Below, piece after piece: positions 51,933 to 64,000 of a stretch of DNA of 64,000 nt. The notes beneath the pieces are model-generated. The model was not told the DNA's origin. It was given only the letters and a program-made list of their open reading frames with translations, and did no database searches. The first letter of the stretch is position 1; each line of letters starts with the position of its first letter. The DNA is taken from assembly GCF_009914755.1 (NCBI RefSeq), contig NC_060933.1. One strand, given 5' to 3'. The stretch is from the human T2T-CHM13v2.0 reference genome, Homo sapiens. The translations under genes were made by a program, and so were the position numbers.

Positions 51933-53553
51933 AAAACATAATTTGTAATTATGTAAATTACTAATTCTACTTCAAAGTGCCACACAGCCTTCATGTGATA
52001 AAATGAAGCAATTGGTAAGTCTAAGCATTGAGAAAAAACATTATTTTTTCCACTCCCAGCTCCATTCCAACAGTTGGGACAGTGTTTTCTCTGTGCCTAT
52101 AGAAACCTCAGCTACTGTGCCGAGGAGTCTGGTCCCTTTGGGGAATGTGACAGTCAGGTGCTGGCAGGGACCTCGAAGTGGCTGAAAGATCATTAAGAAA
52201 AAGCTGTTTACAAACGTGTGGGCTGGGCCAAGGGGAACCATGAGGAAGGTGCAAGGCCCTGGGGTTAGCATCATCTGGGAGCTGTCACCACACTCCAGGC
52301 TGATGGGGCCATGGAGAAGCTGTTCCAGTAACTCAGAGGGAGAATCTACAGCTGAAAGAGGTGGCCAGGGGACACATCACTCCCTGTGCCCTTTGACTGC
52401 ATCTGGATGCCCCCACTAACCACACTACCATCTCCTTATTAGATTGGAGAGGTTGCAGGGCAGGGTTCTAAGCCTCCTATTGTGGCTCACCTCCAACAGT
52501 GAGCCAGCAACAGCTCCCCTAGCCCCACAGCCCAGGGTCCACTTAGCCCCTCTATCCTGCATGGTCCCCTTCCCCTCTGGGAAGCAGATACCCAAAAGAG
52601 CAGCAGAAACCTGTCTCTCTCTGCAGGGCCCTCTGCTCCTTGTGAGTGGTGTTTTGTGGGTGTCCTCCCTTGGTTTTGGATGGGAAACACCCTTTTCCCT
52701 TCCACAGGGATTGTTTCTGTGGACCCCACCCTGAGTGGGGTCCCTGTTGGGACAATGGGCAGGTGGGGATGGTGGGACCAACTCTTTAGGACCAGCAATG
52801 CCAAACAGATCCCACTCCGGGGAAGTTCATTCTAAGTGTCATGGGTCCTCTGGAACTTTTTGAAGGTTTCCTGTTTTCTTCTCCCCCTAATCAGCTCATC
52901 TGATCCCCTGGGATCTCTACTAAGATGCTGGCAGCCCAACCAGCTGGTCTGGCCCTGGACATGCCTTCAGGGACTGGTTATCCTTCATGACCTGTGTTGT
53001 GGTCATTGGTAAGCAGCACCTGCTTCTAGCTTTACTGTTGGGCCAGATTTCATCCCCACCATGGCTCTTCACTGCGGCTGCTTCCTGCTCCCTCCATGGA
53101 CCTGCACAGAATTGTCCCATGTTTCTGTTTGGGCACCACTGAGGAAGGAAGCATGAAGGTTGCACAGGTCAGGCCATTCTATTGCCCTCCTGCTGCTGGG
53201 TCTTTAATCCTGGGATGGCTTCAGGGGCTGGTCCTTCTCCATGGCCTCTCCACATATCTCAGGTTTCTACTCAAAAGTCACCTCTTGGAGGGGTCTCTCC
53301 CTGTCACTGTGTTTGGAACAGCTCCTTCAGTTTCTTTCTAGCTCATCTCACTCTGGTAATGTCTTTCATTACCACCACCACATGACCTGGTCTTGCGACC
53401 TGTTAGCTTCCTTCATCAGGCATGAGCACCAGGATGGCAGGGGCCTCATCTGTCCTATTCCTCCTGTGGCCTGGGTCCTAGCACCATGTCTGGTACAGTG
53501 TAGGTGCTCAAGGGAAGTTTACTTTATAGAACTGTCTACCTGGGAGATGTTGC

Positions 53554-53944
53554 TGTTAGTCTAACCTGTACCATTTTGTAAACCTGCAGCCATTTTGCAC
53601 ACCCTGGTCAGAATGAAACATTCCTTGGGAACTCGGGCCGTGAGAAGCATCCTTCCTGATCACCTGACTGTAGAAACATCCTTATCGCACCCTCCCGGGC
53701 AAAGGCCCAACAGCCTGACTGCAGGAACATCCTTGCCATATCCTGCCGGGCAGCAAGCTCTACAGCCCAGACCCCTCCTTCCCAGTCCCATGATCACCCC
53801 AGCCTGTGAGAGGCAGTTGGTGCTGGCAGTAAGCTGGTTTCCTCCTCTGCAGGGTTTTGCTAGTAATAAAGGTGTTGCTGTTGAAGCCGTCAACTGTCTT
53901 TCTCTGTCTTTCTTTAACCCTCGCCTTGCCTTCAAAATCTAACA
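53554..53944 (+). mobile_element. Solo ERV LTR (ERVL-class, LTR18-like)
   Basis: TGTTAG...CTAACA inverted termini, internal AATAAA near 53865; subfamily uncertain. Confidence 0.72.
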
Positions 53945-54499
53945 ATAGCTCTACCTCTCCATTTTACCAAGGAGGATATGAGACTCAAGGAGAGCAAGAG
54001 ACTTACCCAGAATTACAGAGCCAGTGAGTCACAGAGCCTGAACTTGAGCTCAATTCAGCTGAATCCAGAACTCATGTCTTCCTGAGAGTCCAGGGAAGGA
54101 AAGGTGGAACTGCAGCCAGTGGGTGCCCACAGGCTTGTCCTAGGAGACCACATGCAGCCTCCTGGGAATTGTGTCCTCTTGGGCACAAAAGAAGAACTGT
54201 TCACCTGTGCTGCATCAGCTAAGTGTCCCCATTGTCCCAAATTGTTATATTTTTTCAAAGTTTTGTTTTAATAACTAGATTTCTCACAGCTCAGTGTTGA
54301 AAACAAAGCACAGAGGCATATAGAAAGCCTTGTTTGGGTTTTTCTCATTTTTTCCCCAGTGACTATACAAATGAATGTACAAAAGAGCACAAGTACGCTC
54401 ATACTTTTTATATAGAGATGAGGCTCCCCCACTCATATTCCTCTGCCACTACTCTTCCTTTTTTTTTTTTTTTTTTTTTTCATGGGAGGACCTCTCTTT

Positions 54500-54930
54500 C
54501 AATACTAGTCCATGTGATTTGGGAAGGCTGACCCACCCTGGGCAATCAGATCGGCAGGGTAATTGATTCAGGAGTGGTCATGTGATCCAAGCTGGGCTCA
54601 TGGAAGTCATCCCTGAACTTTTGATGAAACTGCTGGGAATGAGGTGCTTTCTTTTTATTGGCATATCTATTTGTAAGGAAGTAAGTGATGTGAACTTTAT
54701 GGGGCCATTTTTGCTGCTCTCTCAAAACAGCCTGCCTGAAAAGCAGAGCTGACACAGGAAATGAAGGGACAGAATGAGCCTTGGTTTATATTAGTTGACC
54801 CCTGATCCCACTGAGACAGAAGCCCATCTAACTCATGTACATTTTTAGTAAGTAAAGCCAAATAATTCAATGTTCCGCTGGATCCAGTTAGGTTTCAGTC
54901 ACTTGCAGTCAAGAGAGTCCTTCATAATAG
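54500..54930 (+). mobile_element. MLT1-type LTR remnant
   Basis: ends gtcacttgcagtcaagagagtcct, typical of MLT1J/K. Confidence 0.55.
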
Positions 54931-55149
54931 CACTTTCTGTGATGCTTAGGTCCCACCTGCCAGAGCTTTAGAACTGTAGAAGGGTAAAGTGAACCCAGGC
55001 AGTGCTGAGCTAGCTAGTCTCCTGGCTAAGTGTGCAAAGGAACCCTGGAGTCACTACCACTTTGGTCTGAAAAATAGCCTTGCCTGCTGCTTACCATACA
55101 GCCATAGGGGTATTGCTTCCCTGAGCCTGTAGGCATTATACCTCTTTTT

Positions 55150-55272
55150 AAAAATGATGTTTATTTAAGAAAATGTTTTGTGCAGATGGTGTCTTGCTAT
55201 GTTGCCCAGGCTTGTCTTGAACTCCTGGCCTAAAGTGCCGAGATTATAGGCACGAGCCACTTTGCTTGGCCA
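55150..55272 (-). mobile_element. Alu monomer/FLAM fragment
   Basis: ttgctatgttgcccaggcttgtcttgaactcctggcc. Confidence 0.75.
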
Positions 55273-55321
55273 GCACTATACTTCTATTAGTTGTCAATGC
55301 TTTTTTGTTCTGTAGTTTCTA

Positions 55322-55425
55322 GTGTGTGCTTGAGCATGCGTGTGTATGTGTGAGTTTATGTGTGTGTATGTATGCGTGAGAGTGTATGTGTGAGTTTTTG
55401 TGTGTGTGAGTGTGTTTGTGTGAGT
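55322..55425. repeat. Imperfect (TG)n tract
   Basis: visible run. Confidence 0.8.
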
Positions 55426-55645
55426 TTTTACCTTTGTCTTGCAGGGTTATTGCAAGCATCAAGTGGGATCTCTGTTCTCTTTTCTCCTCCTGATTCAGAG
55501 AATGACTTAAGGATCTGTGATGTGTGCCAATTTTCAACGCCCTGCATAAATAATGGGGAGTACTGTTGCCATAACTTTGCACTAGTTTTAATTCATTTTA
55601 TCTGTTTAGCATGAGATAACTCAAAGTCCCTGAATAAATTTATGT

Positions 55646-55690
55646 CATATATATATACATATATATATATATTTATATATATATACACAT
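55646..55690. repeat. (TA)n microsatellite
   Basis: visible run. Confidence 0.85.
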
Positions 55691-56330
55691 AAGTATGTTT
55701 CTTGAGAGCTGACAAGCTTAGTTTTTGTTCCCTGATGCTGCAGTAGAGGCCACTGTGTTCTGATTTTCGAGTGATGGCTGCCAGCTCTCCAAGTGTCACA
55801 GTGAGTGAGGCATCCATGGGGGCAAGCGCCAAGGATGAGTGTGGCCAGTCAGCATCTGCAAGCCCGTTTTGTCTATCCTCTTTATTTTTATAATATGTTT
55901 TATTCATTTTTTAGGTTTATCATTTAATCTGTTATAAACTTCTCTCCTAAAATGTTTCTTAGTTCTACTAGGGGTTAGTTTCATGAAACAAGTCCAGAAA
56001 TAGTCCAGGGCAGCCAGGGATACACAACATGCCATTGGGGAGGGAGAAATCTTGTAGATTGAAGGTTTTGTTGTAGGGACAATCGTTCCAATGGTCTTCA
56101 AGTTGCTAAATCCAACTCAGGGCATTTCATCCTATTTCCAGACAGCAGCAAGCAGAGAGAGCAAAGGGAACTTGGTCAACAAAAAAGAGGAACAATAACT
56201 CTCCCCTTTCCAAACAGATTTTCAGAAATCCAAAGCAGTGAATTCTGCATTTCACATTGGCCAGAACTATAAAATTTGCTCACTACAGTTACGAGAAAAA
56301 CTGGGAAACTCATTTAAAGACATTAACCAG

Positions 56331-56670
56331 GGCCAGGCATGGTGGCTCATGCCTGTAATTCCAGCAATTTGGGAGGCCAATGTGGGAGAATCACTTGAGC
56401 ACAGGAATTTGAAACCAGTCCAGGCAACATAAAGAGACCCAGTCTCTACAAAAACAAAACAAAACAAAAGCTGGTTGTGGTGGTGCACACCTGTTATGCC
56501 TGCAGTCCTACCTACTCAGGAGTCTGAGCTGGGAGATCACATGAGCCCAGGAGTTCAAGGCTGCAGTGAGCTCTGATCATGCCACTGCACTCCAGCCTGG
56601 GAGACAGAGTGAGACCATTTTTCAAAAAAAAATTGTAAAATAATAAAATATGCATAAATAAATAAATAAA
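56331..56670 (+). mobile_element. AluJ SINE
   Basis: dimer, (AAAT)n tail, TSD taaagacatt. Confidence 0.9.
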
Positions 56671-57600
56671 GACATTTAAACAGTGCTCCTTGGAAAAAGT
56701 GAATCTATGTTCCCTTAGTGAAGAAGATGAGAATAATGGATATAGCAGGGAAATGGACAGCATTGGCCACATTAGACCAAAATGAAAGTACACCAAATCA
56801 GTACCATTAAAACCACATAATGGGACCATAATGCAGTCAAATTGTGACCAACAAAAACAAACTGACAAAAAAGGTGTCATGGAGCATACGAATTCTAAAT
56901 CTAAATTGAATGGAGCTCAGAAGGGCTTCCCATTGAAAATGAAACTATGTGTATGTAAATGAATTGTAACAAAGCTACTACATAGCAACATTAAGGTGGC
57001 AGAGCGGAAAGGTTGCTAAGACAGATATCTGTCATCTTATAACATTTTTTAAGAAAGGAAAAACTACAAAATTATGAATTTGAGTTCTAATTGGGGGATA
57101 AGACAATGCTAAAGGCAATAATTGTTAACGTTTACTGTGCTTCAGTCCTACCCTGTGCTCATTCATGCCCAATAAGTGAAGAGCTGGAACTGAAAGCTTT
57201 CTTATATTTATTCAATTGTAGTCTCCCTCCAGGGTGTGGAATCATGTATAAAGGAGGGATAGTGTTTAAAGAGGTATTTTCTGCATTTTTTACTTCCATA
57301 AGCAGTCTCTGCTGTGTGAGTTCTTGTATGAACCATGAGTCTGAGACAACACTGAGGCTTTTTTCATATTCCTTACTTTCATAGCTTCTCTCCAGTGTGA
57401 GAACAAATATCTACTCACGATGAATGAAGATGAAAGGCTTTCCATAGACTTTACCTTCAGAGGGTTTCTTTTCACACTTCTGTAAGATAGGAGAGTTCAG
57501 GAAAGATGTTCTCAAGCGTGTTAACTCATTGAGCTCCCTTCCAGTATGTCCTCCTCACATGTTCAGTATGGTGAAAAATTAATGATGATTTCCCTGCCTT

Positions 57601-58338
57601 TCACTCACAGGGCTTCTCACTATTGTGAATCTTAAGATGGCTTTTAATTCTGGTGACTTTGCAAAGTCTTTTTCACATTTATCACATTTATAGGGTTTCT
57701 CCCAGTGTGACTCCTTATATGTGCATGTTTTGAGCCTTGCTTGAAGGCTTTCCCACATTCCTTACATCCATAGGGCTTCTCCAGAATGTTCTTTCTTAAA
57801 TGTTTATTAAGGTGTAGGGAATATCTAAAGCCTTTCTCACTTTTGTTACATTCATAAGGTTTCTCTCCAGTGTGAAGTTTCATATGTCTCATAAGAAATG
57901 ACTGATAACGTAAAGGCTTTCCTTCATTTGGGACATGTATGGCTTTTCTCTCCAGTAGTACTACTCCTGTGTGGACAAGAATTTGGAGCAGGGACAGAGG
58001 TTTTTCCACTTTGATGATTCTTATTCTTCATCTCTACAGAACAGGACTGCATCTGGACAGCATGGCCTGAGTTATTTCTGAAGATGTTTTCACATTGAGT
58101 AAAATTATACATTTTCTCCCTAACATGAGTTATGTGTGCCCTAAGGCACATGTCTTCACTACAGTCTAATTCAAATGGACTCCACTCATGAATGTTTGTC
58201 CTTGTATTAATTTTACTATGTATATGATGGACATTGTTCTGACTGCCTGTCCATGTGTTTGATTTTAGCTGTTTTTCTCCCATATGAAACCCAGTGAATG
58301 TTGCACTTCAAGACTATCATGTTGATTGTTTTCATATA
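57601..58338 (-). pseudogene. ZNF114P: ZNF114-like C2H2 zinc-finger pseudogene (last-exon fragment)
   Basis: KSNTWTGSQNNVHHI...YQSFLMRHMKLHTGEKPYEC...FRYSLHLNKHLRK...KIHNSEKPCE* matches remembered ZNF114; premature stop, frameshift; truncated at an L1. Confidence 0.88.
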
Positions 58339-58339
58339 T

Positions 58340-58845
58340 ATTACTTTATTGCAATAGTTTTTGGGAAACAGGTGGTTTTTGGTTACATGGAAAAGTTACT
58401 TAGTGGTGATTTCTGAGATTTTGGTGTATGCATTACTCGAGTAGTGTACATTGTACCCAATGTGTAGTCTTTTATCCCTCACCCTCCTAACTTTCCCTCT
58501 GAGTCCCCAAAGTCTATTAAATCATTCTTATGCCTTCACTCTCTCATAGCTTAGCTCCCACTTATAAGTGAGAACATATAATATTTGTTTTTTATTCCTG
58601 AGTTACTTCACTTAGAATAATCATCTCTAACTCCATCCAGGTTGCTGCAAGTGTCATTATTTGATTCCTTTTTAGGGCTGAGTAGTATTCCATGGTGTAT
58701 CTATAACACATTTGCTTTGTCCACTCATTGGCTGATAGACATTTAACCTTGTTACACATTTTTGCAACTGTGAATTGTGCTGCTATGAATGTGCATACAT
58801 GTGTCTTTTTCATATGACTTCTTTTCCTCTAGGGGGATACCCAGG
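58340..58845 (-). mobile_element. L1PB-like 3' fragment
   Basis: antisense L1PB 3'UTR and ORF2 tail (TFIAAQFTVAKM). Confidence 0.88.
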
Positions 58846-59578
58846 AGTGAGCTGATACTAATTTAAATAGAGATAATTATAAAATAAAGTAATGACCAAG
58901 TGAAAATTACCATTTCTAGTAGTAAAACAAAATACCTTTATTGAGTAAAGCTTGAACATATTTCTGCTCACATAAAGAACATATAACTTTTGTATTTTGT
59001 ATAAATGATATGCTTTATCTCACTAGACTCATCCTATGGTTAATTGGTTGGGGAGGGTTGGAGAAAGTAATATATCTTTAAATTTAGCTTCTTGATTCAC
59101 GTTTTTCTTCAACTTTCAATAGCTCTCTTTTAGTTAAATGCCTCCAGGAAGATGTTCAGATGCTTTGGGCTTTCTGTGGCCTCAAGGCAAAGGGAAAGTG
59201 AATCTGAAGTCTCTTATTGTCTTCATGCTGTTCTCTAGACCTCTGCTTTCTCTGTGGCAGAGGGTCTCTCTGGTCTGATCGCTGGGGCCATTGCATTGCT
59301 CTTCTCTGAGATGAAGCTTGTATTCTCGAATCAAAGTACAGTGGAATTCTCTTGCTTTATTAGCCTCCTGTTGGCTTGGGTAAGATCTTCAGATCTCTGT
59401 GAGTTTCAGCATCCTTCTTCTTCCACAGTATGTCTGGAATGGTCACATGTGACTTTTTGGCAGGATCATTTTGCTCCTTGGTGCAGTGGCCCCATGTTAT
59501 GTATGTTAGTTTTTAGCTCAGTTAAGTTGCTTCTTATTTACCTCTATGACACTTCCACATTGCATAGATTCATAGGTC

Positions 59579-60029
59579 TAGTAGGAGGTTTTTTATATAA
59601 ACCAAGCTGCCAGAAACAGAAGAATGCTCACACAGTAAGTCAGGCAAACCAAATTTATTACTCACAGAGGAGCAGGAAGAATCAGCAAAACCATTAAGTT
59701 CTATGGCAAGCCTGACCCTTGAGGTCAGAAAAGTTGCCCAGGGTTGACGGAGTCTCCTCTGCACATGCCCCACTGTGTACTGCACTGAGGAACCCATGAG
59801 TGCTCCACCCTAGGTTTCACACCCCACATGCACCTTGGCTCTTTGAGTTTAAGGGCTGCAGTAATATCCTGTTCTAGGAACAATAAGGACAGAGCCCAGA
59901 CTGTCCCAGACAGTTTCTACTCATCTCAGGATATTGTCTTCTTGGAGCATTCTAAAATTATTCCGAGAACTAGGAGGTACAGAAAGCTGAGTTGGTCAAG
60001 GCCATTCAGGTCTTGTCCTCCTGACCACA
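59579..60029 (-). mobile_element. ERVL LTR (LTR47-like)
   Basis: reverse strand starts tgtggtcaggaggacaagacctgaatggccttgaccaactcagc; subfamily from memory. Confidence 0.65.
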
Positions 60030-60666
60030 GAAACAAAGTAGACTATAAAACAATAAACATTGGCAGAAGTAATCATATTGCATTATGATAGCCATTCTTC
60101 ATTATGATAAAAAGAATTTATCCTCCAAAAAGTTATCTGAGTTCTAAATCTGAATGAACCCAGCAAAACATAGATTTGGGACTGTTGTTACAGTTTAATA
60201 AAATATATACTAAACCAACAAATTTAATTAAATACATAAACTCTAGAAGAAGTATAAAAATCATAAAGACTCGTTTCAGTAAATGTTGGCATATGAAATT
60301 ATCAGATATATGACAGAGTAATAGAAAATGTTGACACTGCTTAGGGCAAAGTGAATATGATTGATATTCAGATGAACAAAGAAGATAGTAAACTCAATAG
60401 AAAAATGGGCCAAAAAATTCAATACATTGTTAACAATCTGACAAATGCAAATGTACACAAATAAAATGAGATCTGTATTTTCACCACTTGCTTAGAAAGT
60501 ATAAGAATCCTAGATAACATTGAGTGATGAGGATATGAGGAAAACAACCTTTATGGGCAATGGATGGGAAATTAAATGGTTTTAACCATTTCAGAAAATA
60601 ACATGACAGGACCCATTTGAAAGTATGCATACTCTACAACCTGTCTCAATGATGGGTACATATACC

Positions 60667-61348
60667 TGATATAGTTTGGATGTGTGTCCCCTCCAAATCT
60701 CATGCTGAAATGTGATCCCCCATGTTGGAGGTGGGGCCCAGTGAGAGGTATTGGATCATGGGGTGGATGCCTTATGAATAGTTTAGCACAGGAATGTCCA
60801 ACCTTTTGGCTTCCCTGGACCACATTGGAAGAAGAATTTTCTTGAGCCACACATAAAATACACTAAAAATAGCTGATGAGCTAAAATAAATAAATACATA
60901 AATAAATCAATAAAGACCCCCCCCCCCACACACACACACACATACACAAACTCTCTTTTGTTTTAACAAAGTTGACAAATTTGGGCCACATTCAAAGCTG
61001 TTCTGACCTGCATTCAGCCCACAAGCTGTGGGTTGGACAAGCTTGGTTTAGCACAATCCACTTGAGTGAGTTGTTCTCAGTGAGTTCATGAGAGAACTGA
61101 TTGTTAGAAATAGTCTGGGACTGCCCCCTTCTCTCTCTTACTCCCTGTCTGACCATGTGACACACTGGCTCCCCTTCACCTTCTGCCATGATTTTAAGCT
61201 TCTTGAGGCCTCACCCAGAGCAGATATCATTGCTTCCTGTGCAGTCTGCAGAACCCTGAACCAAGATAAACCTCTTTTATAAAAAAATAAATAAATAAAT
61301 AACCCAGGATTGGGTATGTCTTCATAGCAATACAAAGAGACTAACACA
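60667..61348 (+). mobile_element. Solo MST (MaLR) LTR interrupted by MER30
   Basis: tgatatagtttggatgtgtgtcccc...gactaacaca. Confidence 0.88.
60789..61045 (+). mobile_element. MER30 hAT-Charlie DNA transposon
   Basis: cagg..tgtccaa / ttggacaagcttg termini, 8-bp TSD GTTTAGCA at 60781 and 61046. Confidence 0.88.
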
Positions 61349-62085
61349 GCCCCTGACAAATTGTGACACATGACCAAAAAGTGTTTTCATAAGGATACCA
61401 TAAGGAGTGAATATTTCAGTAGCAGGATATCAGTGTGAATTCTACTACAAGACTGGATAGGGAAAATGTGGTTGATTCATTTTATTGAAAACTATGCAGC
61501 AGCTACAGGGGAATAAACAACCAAAAATAACCTACAGCAATGTGGGAATGTATGAAGGATGTTATGCTCTGTGAAAAAATTAGAAATAAAATTAGATTTA
61601 TAGCACAATACTCTTTAAGCAAAATGTATACACTCATGTATATACACATACACACACTCAGAAAACAACCTTCTTATCTTGTAAGAATTCTTTAAGAGTA
61701 AAGAACCTATATCAAACACATTAGCATGCCTGTCTGTGACAAGGGATAAGGAATTTAAAAATGAAACAAGTAAAACCAGAGAAACTTGTAGGAAACAATA
61801 ATGATAGTCTCATGAAGTAAAGAATGTGATTAATTTTTTGCAACTGTGGTATAAAAACAGATTGTCAAAATCAAATATAATGAGCTTTAGCATAGAGCCT
61901 ATTGTAGGGCAAAAATCAAATTTAAATACTTAGTTTACATAGTTTGATGCAGGAATGGTCTCCTATGTGAAGTAGTAAGATACACTAAACAATCCATGGG
62001 TGTACGGGAAGAAAATACTCAAAATGCTACTTATATTTATTTTTTACTCATTTTTCCAACAGTTTAGTATCTAAATGCCAGGGGA

Positions 62086-62395
62086 GGCCAGATGTGGTGA
62101 CTCACACCTGTAATCCCAGTGCTTGGAGTGGGTGGGGGTCAAGGCAGGAAGAACACTTGAGGCCAAGAGTTCTAGACCAGCCTGGGCAACCTAGTTGGTT
62201 TTTGTGTCCACACACAAAAAATTAAAAATTAGCCAAGCATGATGTCGTGCACCTGTAGTTCCATGTACTGGACAGGTTGAAGCAGGAGGATCAGGATCAC
62301 CTGAGGGAGGAGTTTGAGGCTGCAGTGAGCAATGGTTATTCCACTGCACCATAGCCTGGGTGACAGAATGAGAACCTGTCTCTTAAGTGAAAACA
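62086..62395 (+). mobile_element. AluJ SINE
   Basis: diverged Alu dimer. Confidence 0.85.
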
Positions 62396-63340
62396 AGTAA
62401 GTGCGAGGAGAACACATGATCTTTCTAGTTTTCAGTCCCTCTTGCAATTCCCTGTAGATTATTTTGCTTATTCCCAATGTTCCAGCTGTTTCTGCACATT
62501 GTAGGCTTGTTCTTCTACCTACTCAAGGCCCCAGATCCAGCAAATGTCCCAGAGATGGGCTCTGTTGCTAATCTGTGATCACCAAGGAAGGGCTTGTTTT
62601 TCTCTGAAATTTAGTTCATTGAAACTTTAGGCACACAGTTTTTTGATGGCTTTAAACAAAAAAATAATAATTTTTTTAAGTTCATCCAATATTTTCTCAT
62701 TATGGCAGGAGCAATTGTCTTTGGTAGCTTTATTTTAATTGGAAGAAGAATTTCTAACATTGGCATTGTAATGAGGTTTTTGGTCTTTGACCCTAGTGGA
62801 GCAATTAAATCTACGTATATTTCTTCTCTTATGCATGTATTGAAGGATCAAATGAGAAAATATATGTAGAGTGCACAAAGTGTCTAATGTACACTAGTGA
62901 TATACAGTTGTTTTATGACTACACACTGAAAACACATAATCAACCAGATTGCTTCCTGAGAACTAGAGCCAGGCTTTTCCGATGATACTTAGCCGTCAAA
63001 TAATTCTATTCAATTTTTCATGGGACTTAGGGTTTGCTCCATGAAGTGCTGCCACAGTATGCAAATCAATTATGTCAATAAATGTGCTAATTTATTCAGC
63101 AAACATATTCTTGTAGCAATAGTTACTCAATGAAAGAAGTAACATTTAATTTCTAGTAGAAGCTACTTCTCTCATTGTGAACTCGTTACAAAGCTTGAAT
63201 GCTCTAGCTATTTTGAGGAGCATTAATAAGCATTACCTAAAGAAGATGATATATTCCCTAGACAACAAGAACTCTTATTTCTCTTTATCTTCTTTTTGAT
63301 AAATGCTACAGTCTCTTGGTAGTGAATCCAGATTCTGTGG

Positions 63341-64000
63341 TGTGGGGAAAAGAAAGAGAGATCAGACTGTTACTGTGTCTATGTAGAAAGAAGTAGACAT
63401 AAGAGACTCCATATTGTTCTGTACTAAGAAAAATTCTTCTGCCTTGAGATGCTGTTAATCTGTAACCCTACCCCCAACCCTGTGCTGGCAGAGACATGCA
63501 CTGTGTTGACTCAAGGTTTAATGGATTTAGGGCTATGCAGGATGTGCTTTGTTAAACAAGTGCTTGAAGGCAGTTTGCTTGTTAAAAGTCATCACCACTC
63601 TCTAATCTCAAGTACCCAGGGACAAAATACACTACACACTACGGAAGGCTGCAGGGACCTCTGCCTAGGAAAGCCAGGTATTGTCCAAGGTTTCTCCCCA
63701 AGTGATAGTCTGAGATATGGCCTTGTGGGAAGAGAAAGACCTGACCATCCCCCAGCCAGACACCCATAAAGGGTCTGTGCTGAGGAGGATTAGTAAAAGA
63801 GGAAGGCCTCTTTGCAGTTGAGATAAGAGGAAGGCATCTGTCTCCTGCTTGTCCCTGGGCAATGGAATGTCTCAGTGTAAAACCCGATTGTATGTTCCAT
63901 CAACTGAGATAAGGAGAAAACTGCCTTAAGGCTGGAGGTGAGACATGCTGGCCACAATACTGCCCTTTAATGCACCGAGATGTTTATGTACATGCACCTC
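63341..64000 (+). mobile_element. HERV-K(HML-2) LTR, LTR5A-like, truncated by window end
   Basis: TGTGGGGAAAAGAAAGAGAGATCAGACTGTTACTGTGTCTATGTAG start and continuous U3 sequence. Confidence 0.93.

Overview
Primate (human-like) genomic DNA from a pericentromeric-type segmental-duplication cassette; no prokaryotic features. In order: (1) the last five or six exons of an ANKRD18/ANKRD20A (ANKRD26-family) gene on +, with an open spliced frame and Alu/L1/LTR-rich introns; (2) a 15-bp minisatellite and a region resembling the TBC1D3 5' exon; (3) a 5'-truncated SNX18 processed pseudogene; (4) a ~22-kb tandem array of ~3.1-kb units built from rearranged MST-type MaLR LTR/internal pieces, with nested inverted repeats, G-rich tracts, repeated DUX-like sites, an apparent 3-unit higher-order pattern and a 0.7-kb orphan retro-insertion; (5) a second 15-bp minisatellite; (6) four degenerate TBC1D3/USP6/TBC1D26-family exons joined in a compatible phase to CYP4F exons 7-9 (a chimeric pseudogene); (7) a ZNF114-like pseudogene on -; (8) more LTR/MIR/Alu/MER30 elements and a HERV-K LTR5A running off the end. 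Homology calls come from manual translation compared with remembered sequences, not database searches. The exact paralog and chromosome cannot be fixed from this window.
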